Shown piece after piece: positions 31,348-42,783 of a stretch of DNA of 64,000 bases. The position numbers and the translations under genes are program-made. The DNA is from Nitrospirota bacterium (GTDB lineage: Bacteria > Nitrospirota > UBA9217): NCBI GenBank assembly GCA_963705595.1, contig CAVPKD010000004.1:381819-445818 (forward strand), written 5' to 3'. The first letter of the stretch is position 1. Each line of letters begins with the position of its first letter. Under the pieces are notes generated by a model, which had not been told where the DNA came from, made no database searches, and saw only the letters and a program-made list of their open reading frames with translations.

Positions 31348-32565
31348 ATGAAAACAATCCTTCATATCGATATGAACGCCTTCTTCGCTTCGGTGGAGCA
31401 GCGTGCGGACCCGGCGCTCCGGGGCAAGGCCATGGCTGTGGTTGGGTCCGAGCACCGGGGCGTCATTCTTTCTCCGTCGTACGAAGCGCGGGCGTTCGGC
31501 GTGAAGACAGGGATGATGTACTGGGAGGCGCGGCAGAAGTGCCCGGAGATCGTCCTCGTCCCCGCGGAGTCGGCCAAGTATTCCTATGCCTGTGAGCAGC
31601 TGATCGAAATATGGAAAGCTTTTACGCCGATTGTCGAGCTGTTCTCTATCGATGAGGCCTTCCTGGACGTGACCGGATGCCATGCGCTCTTTGGTGATCC
31701 CGTACGGATCGCTATCCAGATAAAAGAGCGGATCTGGCACGAGACCGGCTTGACCTGTTCCATCGGCATCGCGTCCAATAAACTCCTCGCGAAGCTCGGG
31801 AGCGATCTGCAGAAACCCGATGGCCTCGTGCTCATCTCCCCGGACGACGTGAGTGATGTGCTCGAAAACCTGCCGGTGAAGGAATTGTGCGGTATCGGAC
31901 CAAATATTACCCGGCATCTTGCTGCCATGGGAATTCATACCTGTGGAAAGCTCGGCCGTGCTCCGCTCCAGCAGCTCATATCCCGGTTTGGGATCATCGG
32001 TGAGCGGCTCCGCAACATGGGGCTGGGCGTGGACGACGATCCCGTGGAGCCGCTGGAGTCGCAGGAAGAGGGAGAGGCGAAGTCCATGGGGCACAGCATG
32101 ACCCTTGACGAGGACTGCTCGGATATCACCATGATTGAGCGCCATATCCTTCAGCTTTCGGAGAAGGTGGGGCGCAGGCTGAGGCGAGGGCTGTACGGCG
32201 GACGGACCGTATCCCTGATTATTCGGTACGCGGATTTCCATACGTTCTCGAAGCAGCGGCAGCTTCGCCATTCTGTCAACCATGGACTGGACATTTATGC
32301 TGCGGCCCAGGGTCTGTTCCGCGAGACCAAGCTCCTGCAGCCGGTGAGGCTTGTGGGCGTGAGCGTATCGAGCCTGGAGCGGAGGATGGTGGAGATACCG
32401 CTCTTCGTGGGTGAGCGGAAACGGAAGTTCGTCGCAGAGGCCATGGACGAGATCAATGACCGGTATGGTGAATTCACGGTCACCTGGGGAACGCTCGCCG
32501 AACGGCATCGGCATGAGCGGGTCATTTCCCCCGCATGGAGGCCGACAGGGGACCGGCAATATTGA
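31348..32565 (+). CDS. dinB: DNA polymerase IV (Y family)
   Basis: HIDMNAFFASVEQ, SYEARAFGV, SIDEAFLD, NKLLAKLGSDLQKPDG. Confidence 0.95.
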   Translation: MKTILHIDMNAFFASVEQRADPALRGKAMAVVGSEHRGVILSPSYEARAFGVKTGMMYWEARQKCPEIVLVPAESAKYSYACEQLIEIWKAFTPIVELFSIDEAFLDVTGCHALFGDPVRIAIQIKERIWHETGLTCSIGIASNKLLAKLGSDLQKPDGLVLISPDDVSDVLENLPVKELCGIGPNITRHLAAMGIHTCGKLGRAPLQQLISRFGIIGERLRNMGLGVDDDPVEPLESQEEGEAKSMGHSMTLDEDCSDITMIERHILQLSEKVGRRLRRGLYGGRTVSLIIRYADFHTFSKQRQLRHSVNHGLDIYAAAQGLFRETKLLQPVRLVGVSVSSLERRMVEIPLFVGERKRKFVAEAMDEINDRYGEFTVTWGTLAERHRHERVISPAWRPTGDRQY

Positions 32566-32680
32566 TTGAAGCATAGTTATCGTCGCGAGCGCTGAGACCA
32601 TAGAGAACTTCAGGAAGATAAAAGATTGAGAGGTCGTGAGGACATTGCGCGCTCTGCGGTAAGCAGAAAGAGAGAGCTCT

Positions 32681-33295
32681 ATGAAAAAAAGAATCACCGA
32701 CCGCCAGCGGGAGATTTACGAGTTCATCCGAACCAGCATCGAGGGGCGGAGCATTCCTCCTACCATAAGGGAGATCGGGGAAGCATTCGGGATCCGTTCC
32801 ACGAATGGCGTGGAGAAACACCTTGCAGCGCTTGAGCGGAGCGGGTTCGTGATGCGGGAACGCGGAAAATCTCGCGGTATTTCGCTGCGTGCTGACGGGA
32901 AAAGACCGCTGGCAACGGTTCCCCTCCTTGGGAGGGTGGCGGCCGGTATGCCTGTGCTCTCGCCGGAAAACAATGAAGGAGAGTTCGCGGTGGACATTTC
33001 CCTGTTCAAGCTCAGATCTACCCATAATCTGTTCGCCCTCAAAGTAAAAGGCGAGAGTATGGTCGATGCGCATATCGTTGATGGCGATATGGTCATTGTC
33101 CGTGTCCAGTCAGCGGCGCAGAACGGAGACATCGTCGTTGCCCTGGTGAATGGCGAAGCCACGGTCAAACGTCTATTTGTCGAGAAGAGCCGTGTCCGTC
33201 TGCAGCCCGAGAACAGCAGCATGAAGCCCCTCATTATAGACCGTGGAGATTTTCGTATTGTTGGCAGGGTGGTGGGCGTGGTCAGAAGAATATAA
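32681..33295 (+). CDS. lexA: SOS repressor LexA
   Basis: PPTIREIG..STNGVEKHL wHTH, VAAG cleavage site, GESM (Ser), TVKR (Lys). Confidence 0.95.
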   Translation: MKKRITDRQREIYEFIRTSIEGRSIPPTIREIGEAFGIRSTNGVEKHLAALERSGFVMRERGKSRGISLRADGKRPLATVPLLGRVAAGMPVLSPENNEGEFAVDISLFKLRSTHNLFALKVKGESMVDAHIVDGDMVIVRVQSAAQNGDIVVALVNGEATVKRLFVEKSRVRLQPENSSMKPLIIDRGDFRIVGRVVGVVRRI

Positions 33296-33348
33296 TTATT
33301 TGGCTCGGCTATCTTTCTTGGTAGTCCCTGAAGAGTCTGGATGAATTG

Positions 33349-33377
33349 TTGACAAGCATGGTGCTGATGTATAAAAT
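33349..33377 (+). promoter_or_regulatory. sigma70 promoter
   Basis: TTGACA N17 TAAAAT upstream of the cation transporter. Confidence 0.55.
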
Positions 33378-33409
33378 AAAAAAAGTCTGATGCACAAAGG
33401 GGGTAACGC

Positions 33410-34075
33410 GTGGCCACAGGCCAAGATACGGACAAATCAGATCTTCTTAAAAAAGGCGTTCAGCTTGAGTATCTTACGATCGGATGGAATATGATCGGGG
33501 CGCTTGTGGCCGGAGTAACAGGCATTACAGCAGGTTCGATCGTGCTCATTTCCTTTGGTCTGGTCAGTATCATCGGGGTCGTTATGGCCGGCATGATGCT
33601 GCTGGGGCTACGTAATGAACTTCAAGGACAGAAGAGCAAGGAAGCGCACAGTGCAATGGAGCGAAAGGTACTGTTCACCGTCGGCGTTGCGTTCTTTCTC
33701 CTGGCGCTATATATTATGAATGAGTCCGGATCACGGCTCTATTATGGTGAGAAGCCGGAAACAAGTACCATCGGCCTCGTCCTCTCCGTACTGTCCCTTG
33801 TCGGCATGCCGATACTCGCGGTCATGAAGTTCCGTACAGCACGAGGTCTCGAGAGCAGGGCTCTCCGGATTGATGCCCGGGAGACTGCAGTCTGCACGTA
33901 CTTAGCGCTTACCCTCTTTCTGGGAATGAGCTTGAATTTGTGGCTTGGGTGGTGGTGGGCGGACTCTGTGGCTGCACTTCTTATGCTACCGCTCATAGTC
34001 CGTGAAGGATGGGAAGCTGTTGAGGCAAGCAAGAGAGCATACTATGAATCCAGTTCCACGAGGATGAGCCCCTGA
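33410..34075 (+). CDS. Short cation-efflux (CDF-like) membrane protein
   Basis: LEYLTIGWN, AGSIVLISFG, SRALRIDARET, GWWWADSVAAL, EGWEA. Confidence 0.75.
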   Translation: MATGQDTDKSDLLKKGVQLEYLTIGWNMIGALVAGVTGITAGSIVLISFGLVSIIGVVMAGMMLLGLRNELQGQKSKEAHSAMERKVLFTVGVAFFLLALYIMNESGSRLYYGEKPETSTIGLVLSVLSLVGMPILAVMKFRTARGLESRALRIDARETAVCTYLALTLFLGMSLNLWLGWWWADSVAALLMLPLIVREGWEAVEASKRAYYESSSTRMSP

Positions 34076-34170
34076 TGAGGATTGATTTCGGATGCCGAAT
34101 TCCTGATAAACGGCAAAAGCAATATCGCAGTGATCATCAGGAATCTCGTATCCTTTTCCCCGGAGGGACT

Positions 34171-34755
34171 ATGCCGAAAAAAAGTCTTAAGCCGTCAACC
34201 TATCTATACCCTGTACCAGTGATGCTCATCAGTGCACAGGGCAGGTCAGGGAAGCCGAACATTGCCACCATATCGTGGGGAGGCGTGCTCTGCTCCGATC
34301 CTCCCTTGGTCGGCATATCCATTCGGCCAACGCGTCATACCCACGAGCTGGTAAAGGAATCCATGGAATTCGTCCTGAATCTTCCATCACAGAGATGGCT
34401 CAAGGAGACGGACTATTGCGGTTCGGTTTCGGGCAAGGATATTGATAAATTCCTTACTGTCGGTTTTACCACCGCCGATTCCGATATGGTGAAGGTCCCG
34501 CTGATCAATGAGTGTCCCCTGAATCTCGAGTGCAAAGTGAAACAGATCCTCTATCTTGGCACTCACGACCTTTTCATCGCAGAGGTGGTGGCCGTTCATG
34601 CTGATGATGATATCCTTGACGGCGATAAGATTATCATCGATAAACTCGCTCCAGTCTCGTTCTATCCGAATGTGCATGAGTACCGGGCGACAGGAGAGAA
34701 GATCGGGACCTACGGATTCAGCCAGAAAGGCAAAGAATTAGGACGTTCGGCGTAA
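34171..34755 (+). CDS. Flavin reductase-like / flavoredoxin family protein
   Basis: YPVPVMLIS, EFVLNLP, DYCGSVSGKDIDKF, ECPLNLECKV, GTHDLFIAEV. Confidence 0.85.
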   Translation: MPKKSLKPSTYLYPVPVMLISAQGRSGKPNIATISWGGVLCSDPPLVGISIRPTRHTHELVKESMEFVLNLPSQRWLKETDYCGSVSGKDIDKFLTVGFTTADSDMVKVPLINECPLNLECKVKQILYLGTHDLFIAEVVAVHADDDILDGDKIIIDKLAPVSFYPNVHEYRATGEKIGTYGFSQKGKELGRSA

Positions 34756-34799
34756 AGTCGGTATCATCTTGCAGCAGAAAAAGATCTAGTAGGGATAAT

Positions 34800-35051
34800 C
34801 GGATCTCTCTTTTAGTTAGATCAAAAGAAAGAAGTCGCATTGTTTGCAGGTTTCGTTTTTAGGTGTGCTTGATACGTAGCTACCCGTCGAACAGGTGTTT
34901 GCAACGAGCCATCAGGCCCTTCCTCCTTCGGTGCCCCATGTATGCATCGAGCATCTTCTCTATTGTAGCCGGGCAGACACACTCGTAACATGCCGTTAAC
35001 TTCCCAGCTTACGCTGCACTGTTAAAACTCCCAGCAATTCAGTTTTGCCAT
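34800..35051 (-). pseudogene. Decayed two-CW-domain (Cys-Trp) small protein
   Basis: MAKLNCWEF*QC..VCPATIEKMLD..IHG..A*WLVANT..TCKQCDFFLLI*, with stops and frameshifts. Confidence 0.65.
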
Positions 35052-35378
35052 GATTTCCCGCTGCACACGTCCTCATTGCTGTTACGCTTTAGACTATCCG
35101 GATCCGTTGCCATGCTCATTATGGTTGTCGCACGTTGATTCAAAGGAAATATGAGTGCGGGATCGAAGCAACTCCTGCATTTTTACCTCGTAGGTTATTT
35201 ATGCCTTGTTAACAGTCCGGTATTTGACTAACTGTCCGAATTCAGTCCCTTGCCTGTAACATAAATACTTGTCAAATAAAGTTTTTCGTATGGCAAAGAG
35301 TTTGCAATATTTAAGACTGACAGAGTAATAAGTTTGTTGTACAAAAAACACATAATAACAGAAAGAGAGGAAACTCTC

Positions 35379-36566
35379 ATGAAAAAAGCCATCGCAATGG
35401 CTGCTGTTTGTCTGACATGCATATTCTTCCTCGTTGCATCGCCAGGATTTGCAGAGAGCGGGGTGACAGACGCGCAGATTACGGTCGGGATGTCGACGGT
35501 GCTGACCGGTCCGGCCTCTTTTCTGGGAACCAGTTTCAAGGCTGGCGCAGAAGCTTATCTGAAGATGGTGAATGAGAGCGGAGGTGTGCAAGGAAGAAAG
35601 ATAAAGCTGATCGTGTATGATGACGGATATGAGCCGGGCAGGGCGGTGCCGAATGTTATAAAACTTATAAACGAGGACAAGGTGTTCTGTCTCCTCGGAA
35701 ATGTCGGGACACCGACGACCATGGCGATCAAGCCGATCATTACGCAGGAAAAGGTGCCCCTCTTTGCTCCCTTTACCGGGGCGGAGCCACTCAGGCACCC
35801 TATTGTCAAATATATCCTGAACTACCGGGCCAGTTATAACCAGGAAGCGGAAGAATTCATCAAGGGGATGGTTGATGTGCTCGGCTTCAAAAATATCGGA
35901 GTATTTTTCCAGGATGACGCCTACGGCAGGGTTGTGCTGGAATCGACAAGAATTGCCCTTGAAAAAAGGGGACTGAAACCCATTGTCACGGGGATGTACA
36001 AGAGGAATACGGAAGATATCGGAGAGGGACTTGCGGCGATCATGGCAGGAAAGCCAGAGGCCGTCGTGATGGTAGGGACATACGGGGCATGCGGAAAGTT
36101 CATCCGGGAAGGGAAGCAGAAGGGTTTCAACCCAGTTTACATGAACGTTTCCTTTGTCGGGCCCGATAAGCTTGCGGAACTTCTGGGGAAGGACGGTGAA
36201 GGTGTGGTCGTGACCAACGTGGTGCCGCCGTTCTACGGTGAGACCGGGCAACAATATGCGGGCGCGAAGGAATACGTTGAGTCTTTAAAAAAACATTTTC
36301 CGGGGACGAAACCCAGTTTTGTCGGCTTAGAGGGTTTCCTTGCCACCAAAGTGTTCGTTGAAGGTCTCAAGAGAGCCGGCAGGAACGTGACCCGCGACTC
36401 ATTCATCAGAGCGGTAGAAGGGATCACGGACCTGGACATCGGTGCGGGGAACAGGATAGGCTTTTCGGACGATAACCACCAGGGCTCCCAGAAGATCTAC
36501 CCTACAGTCATAAAAAACGGGAAATATCAATTGATCAAGGATTGGAGTGCTTTGAAACAGCATTAG
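35379..36566 (+). CDS. Periplasmic ligand-binding protein (LivJ-like, type I), no permease nearby
   Basis: Signal peptide; NESGGVQGRKIKLIVYDDGYEP, GNVGTPT, RASYNQE. Confidence 0.85.
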   Translation: MKKAIAMAAVCLTCIFFLVASPGFAESGVTDAQITVGMSTVLTGPASFLGTSFKAGAEAYLKMVNESGGVQGRKIKLIVYDDGYEPGRAVPNVIKLINEDKVFCLLGNVGTPTTMAIKPIITQEKVPLFAPFTGAEPLRHPIVKYILNYRASYNQEAEEFIKGMVDVLGFKNIGVFFQDDAYGRVVLESTRIALEKRGLKPIVTGMYKRNTEDIGEGLAAIMAGKPEAVVMVGTYGACGKFIREGKQKGFNPVYMNVSFVGPDKLAELLGKDGEGVVVTNVVPPFYGETGQQYAGAKEYVESLKKHFPGTKPSFVGLEGFLATKVFVEGLKRAGRNVTRDSFIRAVEGITDLDIGAGNRIGFSDDNHQGSQKIYPTVIKNGKYQLIKDWSALKQH

Positions 36567-36586
36567 CATTCGTGTGGAGGGGGACA

Positions 36587-38521
36587 ATGACGATCCAATA
36601 TAAATTCAAGGCCGTCGGATGGCTCATTGGAGGTGTGCTGTTTGCCGTGACCTTCATTTCCTTACTTACAAACATCTTTCTTGTAAATGCCAACAAGGAG
36701 ATCTATGAGGAATCCACGCGGGGGATTGAAGATATCAGTGTCATCCAGAACCTCCTGAACGATGCGCGCAACAAAGAGGTCCTTGCGGTAAGCTATGCGG
36801 CAGTGGCCAATATGGATAAGTTGGCCAATCTGGAAAAGGAAATTTCCCACCAGCGGGGAGTCCTCTTAGAAAAGCTGTTCGACGTGAACATCGATGCCAA
36901 GTCAAAAGATGATATCAAGAACCTCATAACTAAGTATTTAGAGAGCGCTGCACTGACCTTTGAACACGCAAAGCATTACGTCACCGACGAGGCTGCCAGA
37001 AACATAACCGAGAACTCACGGGTCCCCTTCGATAAGCTGGAAGAGCAGTTCGACCGGTTTATGAACGCTAAGGTCAAATTGGCCGCGGATCAGAATAAAA
37101 AGGCGATCGCCTTTGCGATGATCAGCAAGGTGCTGCTGTTGCTGGCGATGCTCACAGCCGCAGGTCTGGTCGTATTCCTGGTTGTCTTCAGCAGGTCTAT
37201 CCTACAGCCGATTAACACCATGTCCAGATTTGTCAGGGGCATAGCCGAAGGCGATGTGAACAATACCATTAAAATAGATTCCAAGGATGAACTCGGTGCC
37301 ATGGGAAGCGCCCTGATGGATATGAGCTCATATCTTCGTGATATGGCGAGAACGGCAGAGGAGATCGCCGAAGGAGACCTCCGGTCCGGCGTAATGCCGA
37401 AATCCGAAAAGGACGTGCTCGGGAGTTCCTTTCAAAAAATGGTGATTGGCCTGCGGGGCCTGATCGCAGAGATACGGGGAGGTGCGGAGCGGCTGGCAGC
37501 AGCCTCGACACAGATCGCAGCGTCCGCAGACCAAACCTCGAAGAACTCAGAAACATCTGCGAGCGCGGTGGAAGAGATGACGGCTACCATGCACGAAATG
37601 TCTGCGAATATGCAGAACGTTGCGGCAAACACCCAGAAGCAGGCGGCCACGGTAACGTCCACGTCGTCGTCCATTGAGCAGATGGTAGCATCCATCCAAC
37701 TGGTCGCGGAGCATGTAAGGCATCTTGTGTCCATCGCCGAAAAATCAAAGGATGCCGTTGCGGGCGGTGCCGCTGCCGTTGATCAGGCTTCCCAGGGCAT
37801 GAGCGGAATACACGCTGCCATTCAGCAGTCAGCCGAAACGATCACGAGCCTCGGCAGCAAAACGGAAGACATGTCGAAGATCGTTGAAGTGATAGATGAC
37901 ATCGCTGAGCAGACGAACCTCCTTGCCCTGAACGCGGCCATAGAGGCGGCCAAGGCAGGCGATCAGGGGCTCGGATTCGCGGTCGTCGCGGAAGAAGTGA
38001 GGAAACTCGCCGAGCGGTCCGCGCAATCGACGAGGGAGATCGCAGATCTCATCAAGTCCATTGCAAAAGAAGCCCAGAGCTCTGTCGATACTATGACAAA
38101 AAGCACTGGTCTTGTGCGGGAGGGCCTCCGGTTCAGCAAAGAGGTGACCCGTGCTCTTGAAGGCATTCAATCCGCCGTTGAGGACCTCTCGAGATACTCA
38201 AAAGAGATCGGGGCGGCGACCCAGGAGCAGTCAATTGGGTCCGAGCAGATCAGAAAAGCGGTGTCAAACCTGAACGAGATCATTCTGGAGATCAGCTCGG
38301 CATCAGAGCAGCAGTCGATGGGTTCCGGGCAGGTTGTGCAGGCCATCGAACGGGTGAAGGACATGGTCCAGCAGGGCTCTTCCAGCGCTGTTGAACTTGC
38401 AACGTCTGCCGATCAGCTAAGCAGGCAGGCCAGCAGCCTCCAGACACTAGTGGAACGATTTGCGCTGAATGGAAACGGGAAGGCATACCGCGACAGAGAA
38501 CCCCTAACCAGCGCGGCGTAA
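36587..38521 (+). CDS. Methyl-accepting chemotaxis protein (2 TM, 4HB-like sensor, HAMP)
   Basis: IAEQTNLLALNAAIEAAKAGDQGLGFAVVAEEVRKLAERS. Confidence 0.93.
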   Translation: MTIQYKFKAVGWLIGGVLFAVTFISLLTNIFLVNANKEIYEESTRGIEDISVIQNLLNDARNKEVLAVSYAAVANMDKLANLEKEISHQRGVLLEKLFDVNIDAKSKDDIKNLITKYLESAALTFEHAKHYVTDEAARNITENSRVPFDKLEEQFDRFMNAKVKLAADQNKKAIAFAMISKVLLLLAMLTAAGLVVFLVVFSRSILQPINTMSRFVRGIAEGDVNNTIKIDSKDELGAMGSALMDMSSYLRDMARTAEEIAEGDLRSGVMPKSEKDVLGSSFQKMVIGLRGLIAEIRGGAERLAAASTQIAASADQTSKNSETSASAVEEMTATMHEMSANMQNVAANTQKQAATVTSTSSSIEQMVASIQLVAEHVRHLVSIAEKSKDAVAGGAAAVDQASQGMSGIHAAIQQSAETITSLGSKTEDMSKIVEVIDDIAEQTNLLALNAAIEAAKAGDQGLGFAVVAEEVRKLAERSAQSTREIADLIKSIAKEAQSSVDTMTKSTGLVREGLRFSKEVTRALEGIQSAVEDLSRYSKEIGAATQEQSIGSEQIRKAVSNLNEIILEISSASEQQSMGSGQVVQAIERVKDMVQQGSSSAVELATSADQLSRQASSLQTLVERFALNGNGKAYRDREPLTSAA

Positions 38522-38543
38522 GCCGTACTGATACCCCCCCACA

Positions 38544-38583
38544 GAATGAATCTCCCCAAGATTTTTTTTGGGGAGATTCATTC
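38544..38583. terminator. Perfect 16-bp stem hairpin after the MCP gene
   Basis: GAATGAATCTCCCCAA..TTGGGGAGATTCATTC. Confidence 0.65.
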
Positions 38584-38713
38584 CCTCCTTGCAGCATATC
38601 TCAAGGCGCAATTCTCAATTAAGACCATACACCCCGTACTGCTTTCCGAGGCATGAAGCAGCAAAATAGTATTCTTGAAGCTGCTATAGTCTCTTTCTGT
38701 ACTTCCAAATCAT

Positions 38714-38862
38714 TGCCCATGTTTTAGTCAGGTGCCTAAAGACCTATCTGCAAAATATTCCATTCATCGTTTCACTGCACATCTTCTCTCTGAAAACAGA
38801 ACAATAAAATCAGCATGTTATCCTTTTTAGTCTGTCTGCACAAAAATGGCACACCCCTTGCT
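38714..38862 (+). promoter_or_regulatory. sigma54 promoter 1 with tandem NtrC-like boxes and IHF site (porin-amtB-glnK)
   Basis: TGCCCATGTTTTAGTCA (38714) + TGCCTAA (38733); AATCAGCATGTTA (38808); TGGCACACCCCTTGCT (38847). Confidence 0.8.
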
Positions 38863-38988
38863 CTACACTAATGCAGTGAAGTTGTTAAGAGACAGCTTTC
38901 GGAAAGCTTCGGAAGCTTTCATGCATTCAAGCAATACCTGCTCTTGGTTGGGCAGGCATCTCATAGGGGAAGGCATAAGGAGGAGAGA

Positions 38989-40218
38989 ATGAAAAAGATT
39001 GGTACGATTCTTGGTTTGAAACTTGGTCTGGCGATATTCTACGCTGTAGCGGCAATGAGCGCAGCGGCCTTCGCCGAAGATGCGAAGCCGGCCGCGCCGG
39101 CCATAAGCGCCGATGACCTGAAGAAGTCGCTCGGCTTGAGCATCTATCTGCAGGGCGGGTATACGTACAATGGCAATGCCGGCACCGTTGGAGGAGAGTC
39201 GGAGCAGAACGACCTGCGTGTCTTCGATCATAAGGCGAACAGCTTCACGCTGGACCTGGCACAGATCGTGTTCGTCAAGGACCCGGCACTGGGGAATGCC
39301 GGCTACAAGCTGAAGATTTCCGCCGGCGAAACCGCGAAGTGGATCCATTCGCGCGGGCTGAGCGGCGCGCCGCTTACCTCTCCTCAGGCCGGTGAAGGGA
39401 CAGACTCCTTTGACTTGACCGAAGCATACGTCAGCTATAACGGCGCAGTGGGCAAGGGACTGCGGTTCGACTTCGGGAAATTCGTCACCTACAATGGTGC
39501 TGAAGTGATAGAAGCAATAGACAACCCGAACTATTCACGGTCGTTCCTGTTCAACTATGCTATTCCGTTCACGCATACAGGCCTGAGAATGAGCTACGCT
39601 TTCTCTGACGCGGTAAATGCGAGCTTTCATATCGTGAACGGCTGGGACAACAGCACCGACAACAACAAAGCAAAGACCTACGGCTTGAGCATTGGATTTA
39701 CGCCGACAGAGGTTTTCTCTCTGACCGTGAATGGCATGACTGGCCCCGAGCAGGATGAGCAGGGCGCCAATGCTCCGACGGTCGGATCTTCAAGCAGCAA
39801 TACGCGGGCGCTGCTGGACCTTGTTGCTACAATAAAGCCGATAAAACCGCTCTCCATCATCTTGAACTATGATGACGGCAGGGAAGACAATATCCCCGGC
39901 ACGCTGCTCCCCTCGGGCACCTCAGGTGACGCGAAGTGGAGCGGTCTGGCCGGTATCATAAAGTATGATTTCAATGACACGTACAGCCTGGCAGTCCGAG
40001 GTGAGTACTTCGACGACAAGGACGGCTTCAGAACCGGAATGGTACAGAAGCTGAAGGAAGTCACGGTTACACCGGAGATCCGGCTGAACGGAGGCGTGAT
40101 CCTGCGGCCTGAATACCGCCATGATACATCGGACAAGACGTCCTTTGATATTGTGAATGGCGCTGCTACGAAGAAGTCTCAGGATACGCTTGCGCTCGGC
40201 GTGATGTATAGATGGTAA
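38989..40218 (+). CDS. Outer-membrane beta-barrel porin (BBP2/DUF1597-like)
   Basis: Signal peptide; GKFVTYNGAEVIEAIDNPNYSRSFLF..PFTHTG, NGWD, RPEYRHD; terminal YRW. Confidence 0.82.
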   Translation: MKKIGTILGLKLGLAIFYAVAAMSAAAFAEDAKPAAPAISADDLKKSLGLSIYLQGGYTYNGNAGTVGGESEQNDLRVFDHKANSFTLDLAQIVFVKDPALGNAGYKLKISAGETAKWIHSRGLSGAPLTSPQAGEGTDSFDLTEAYVSYNGAVGKGLRFDFGKFVTYNGAEVIEAIDNPNYSRSFLFNYAIPFTHTGLRMSYAFSDAVNASFHIVNGWDNSTDNNKAKTYGLSIGFTPTEVFSLTVNGMTGPEQDEQGANAPTVGSSSSNTRALLDLVATIKPIKPLSIILNYDDGREDNIPGTLLPSGTSGDAKWSGLAGIIKYDFNDTYSLAVRGEYFDDKDGFRTGMVQKLKEVTVTPEIRLNGGVILRPEYRHDTSDKTSFDIVNGAATKKSQDTLALGVMYRW

Positions 40219-40249
40219 GAATTATTCAAGTGAATATAGGAGGTTTATC

Positions 40250-42219
<1,970 letters not shown>

Positions 42220-42260
42220 GAGTCACCCCCATTATCCTCCCTGAATATGAGGGGTACAGC

Positions 42261-42298
42261 GGCGGGCCGGTATGGGTTTTCATGCCGGCCCGTTTTTT
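42261..42298 (+). terminator. Rho-independent terminator
   Basis: GCGGGCCGGTATG..CATGCCGGCCCGT followed by a T run. Confidence 0.85.
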
Positions 42299-42387
42299 AA
42301 CAGCTGCGAACGGATTCATACTTCAATACAAACATGAGTTTTGAATCGTAATTCGCCTCCGGATCTTTGCCCATACGGTATTTTAAG

Positions 42388-42711
42388 ATGACCTATCTCG
42401 CATGGCTTATATTCATCGGCGCGGCAATCCTGGAAGTCGGCGGCGATGCGGTTGTTCGCAAAGGACTTCGCGGAAGTGGCATGCTCGTCATTTTGTCCGG
42501 ATGCGCAATGCTGGGATTGTACGGCGTTGTCGTCAATATGGTGAAATGGGATTTTTCTAAATTGCTCGGGGTCTATGTCGCAGTCTTTGCACTTATCAGC
42601 ATTTTGTTCGGGCGATTCGTGTTTAAAGAGCATATGTCGAATGCGACCTGGCTAGGATTGACGGTTATAATTTGCGGGGCAATGATCATCCAGTTCGGGA
42701 ATAAATCGTAA
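42388..42711 (+). CDS. Small 4-TM SMR/YnfA-like membrane protein
   Basis: AAILEVGGD in TM1, LLGVYVAVF; 107 aa. Confidence 0.7.
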   Translation: MTYLAWLIFIGAAILEVGGDAVVRKGLRGSGMLVILSGCAMLGLYGVVVNMVKWDFSKLLGVYVAVFALISILFGRFVFKEHMSNATWLGLTVIICGAMIIQFGNKS

Positions 42712-42783
42712 TCAGATGACGCTCGAGCATTGAGGCTACGTGTAGCGCATAAGCATCACGGGGGTTTGTACAGGGGAACAATC

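Noticed and set aside
31282-32697. 471-aa minus-strand ORF (also 44371-45789, 10292-11389, 35199-36254 and similar)
   Set aside because: Antisense shadows of well-supported genes in GC-rich coding DNA; no recognisable motifs
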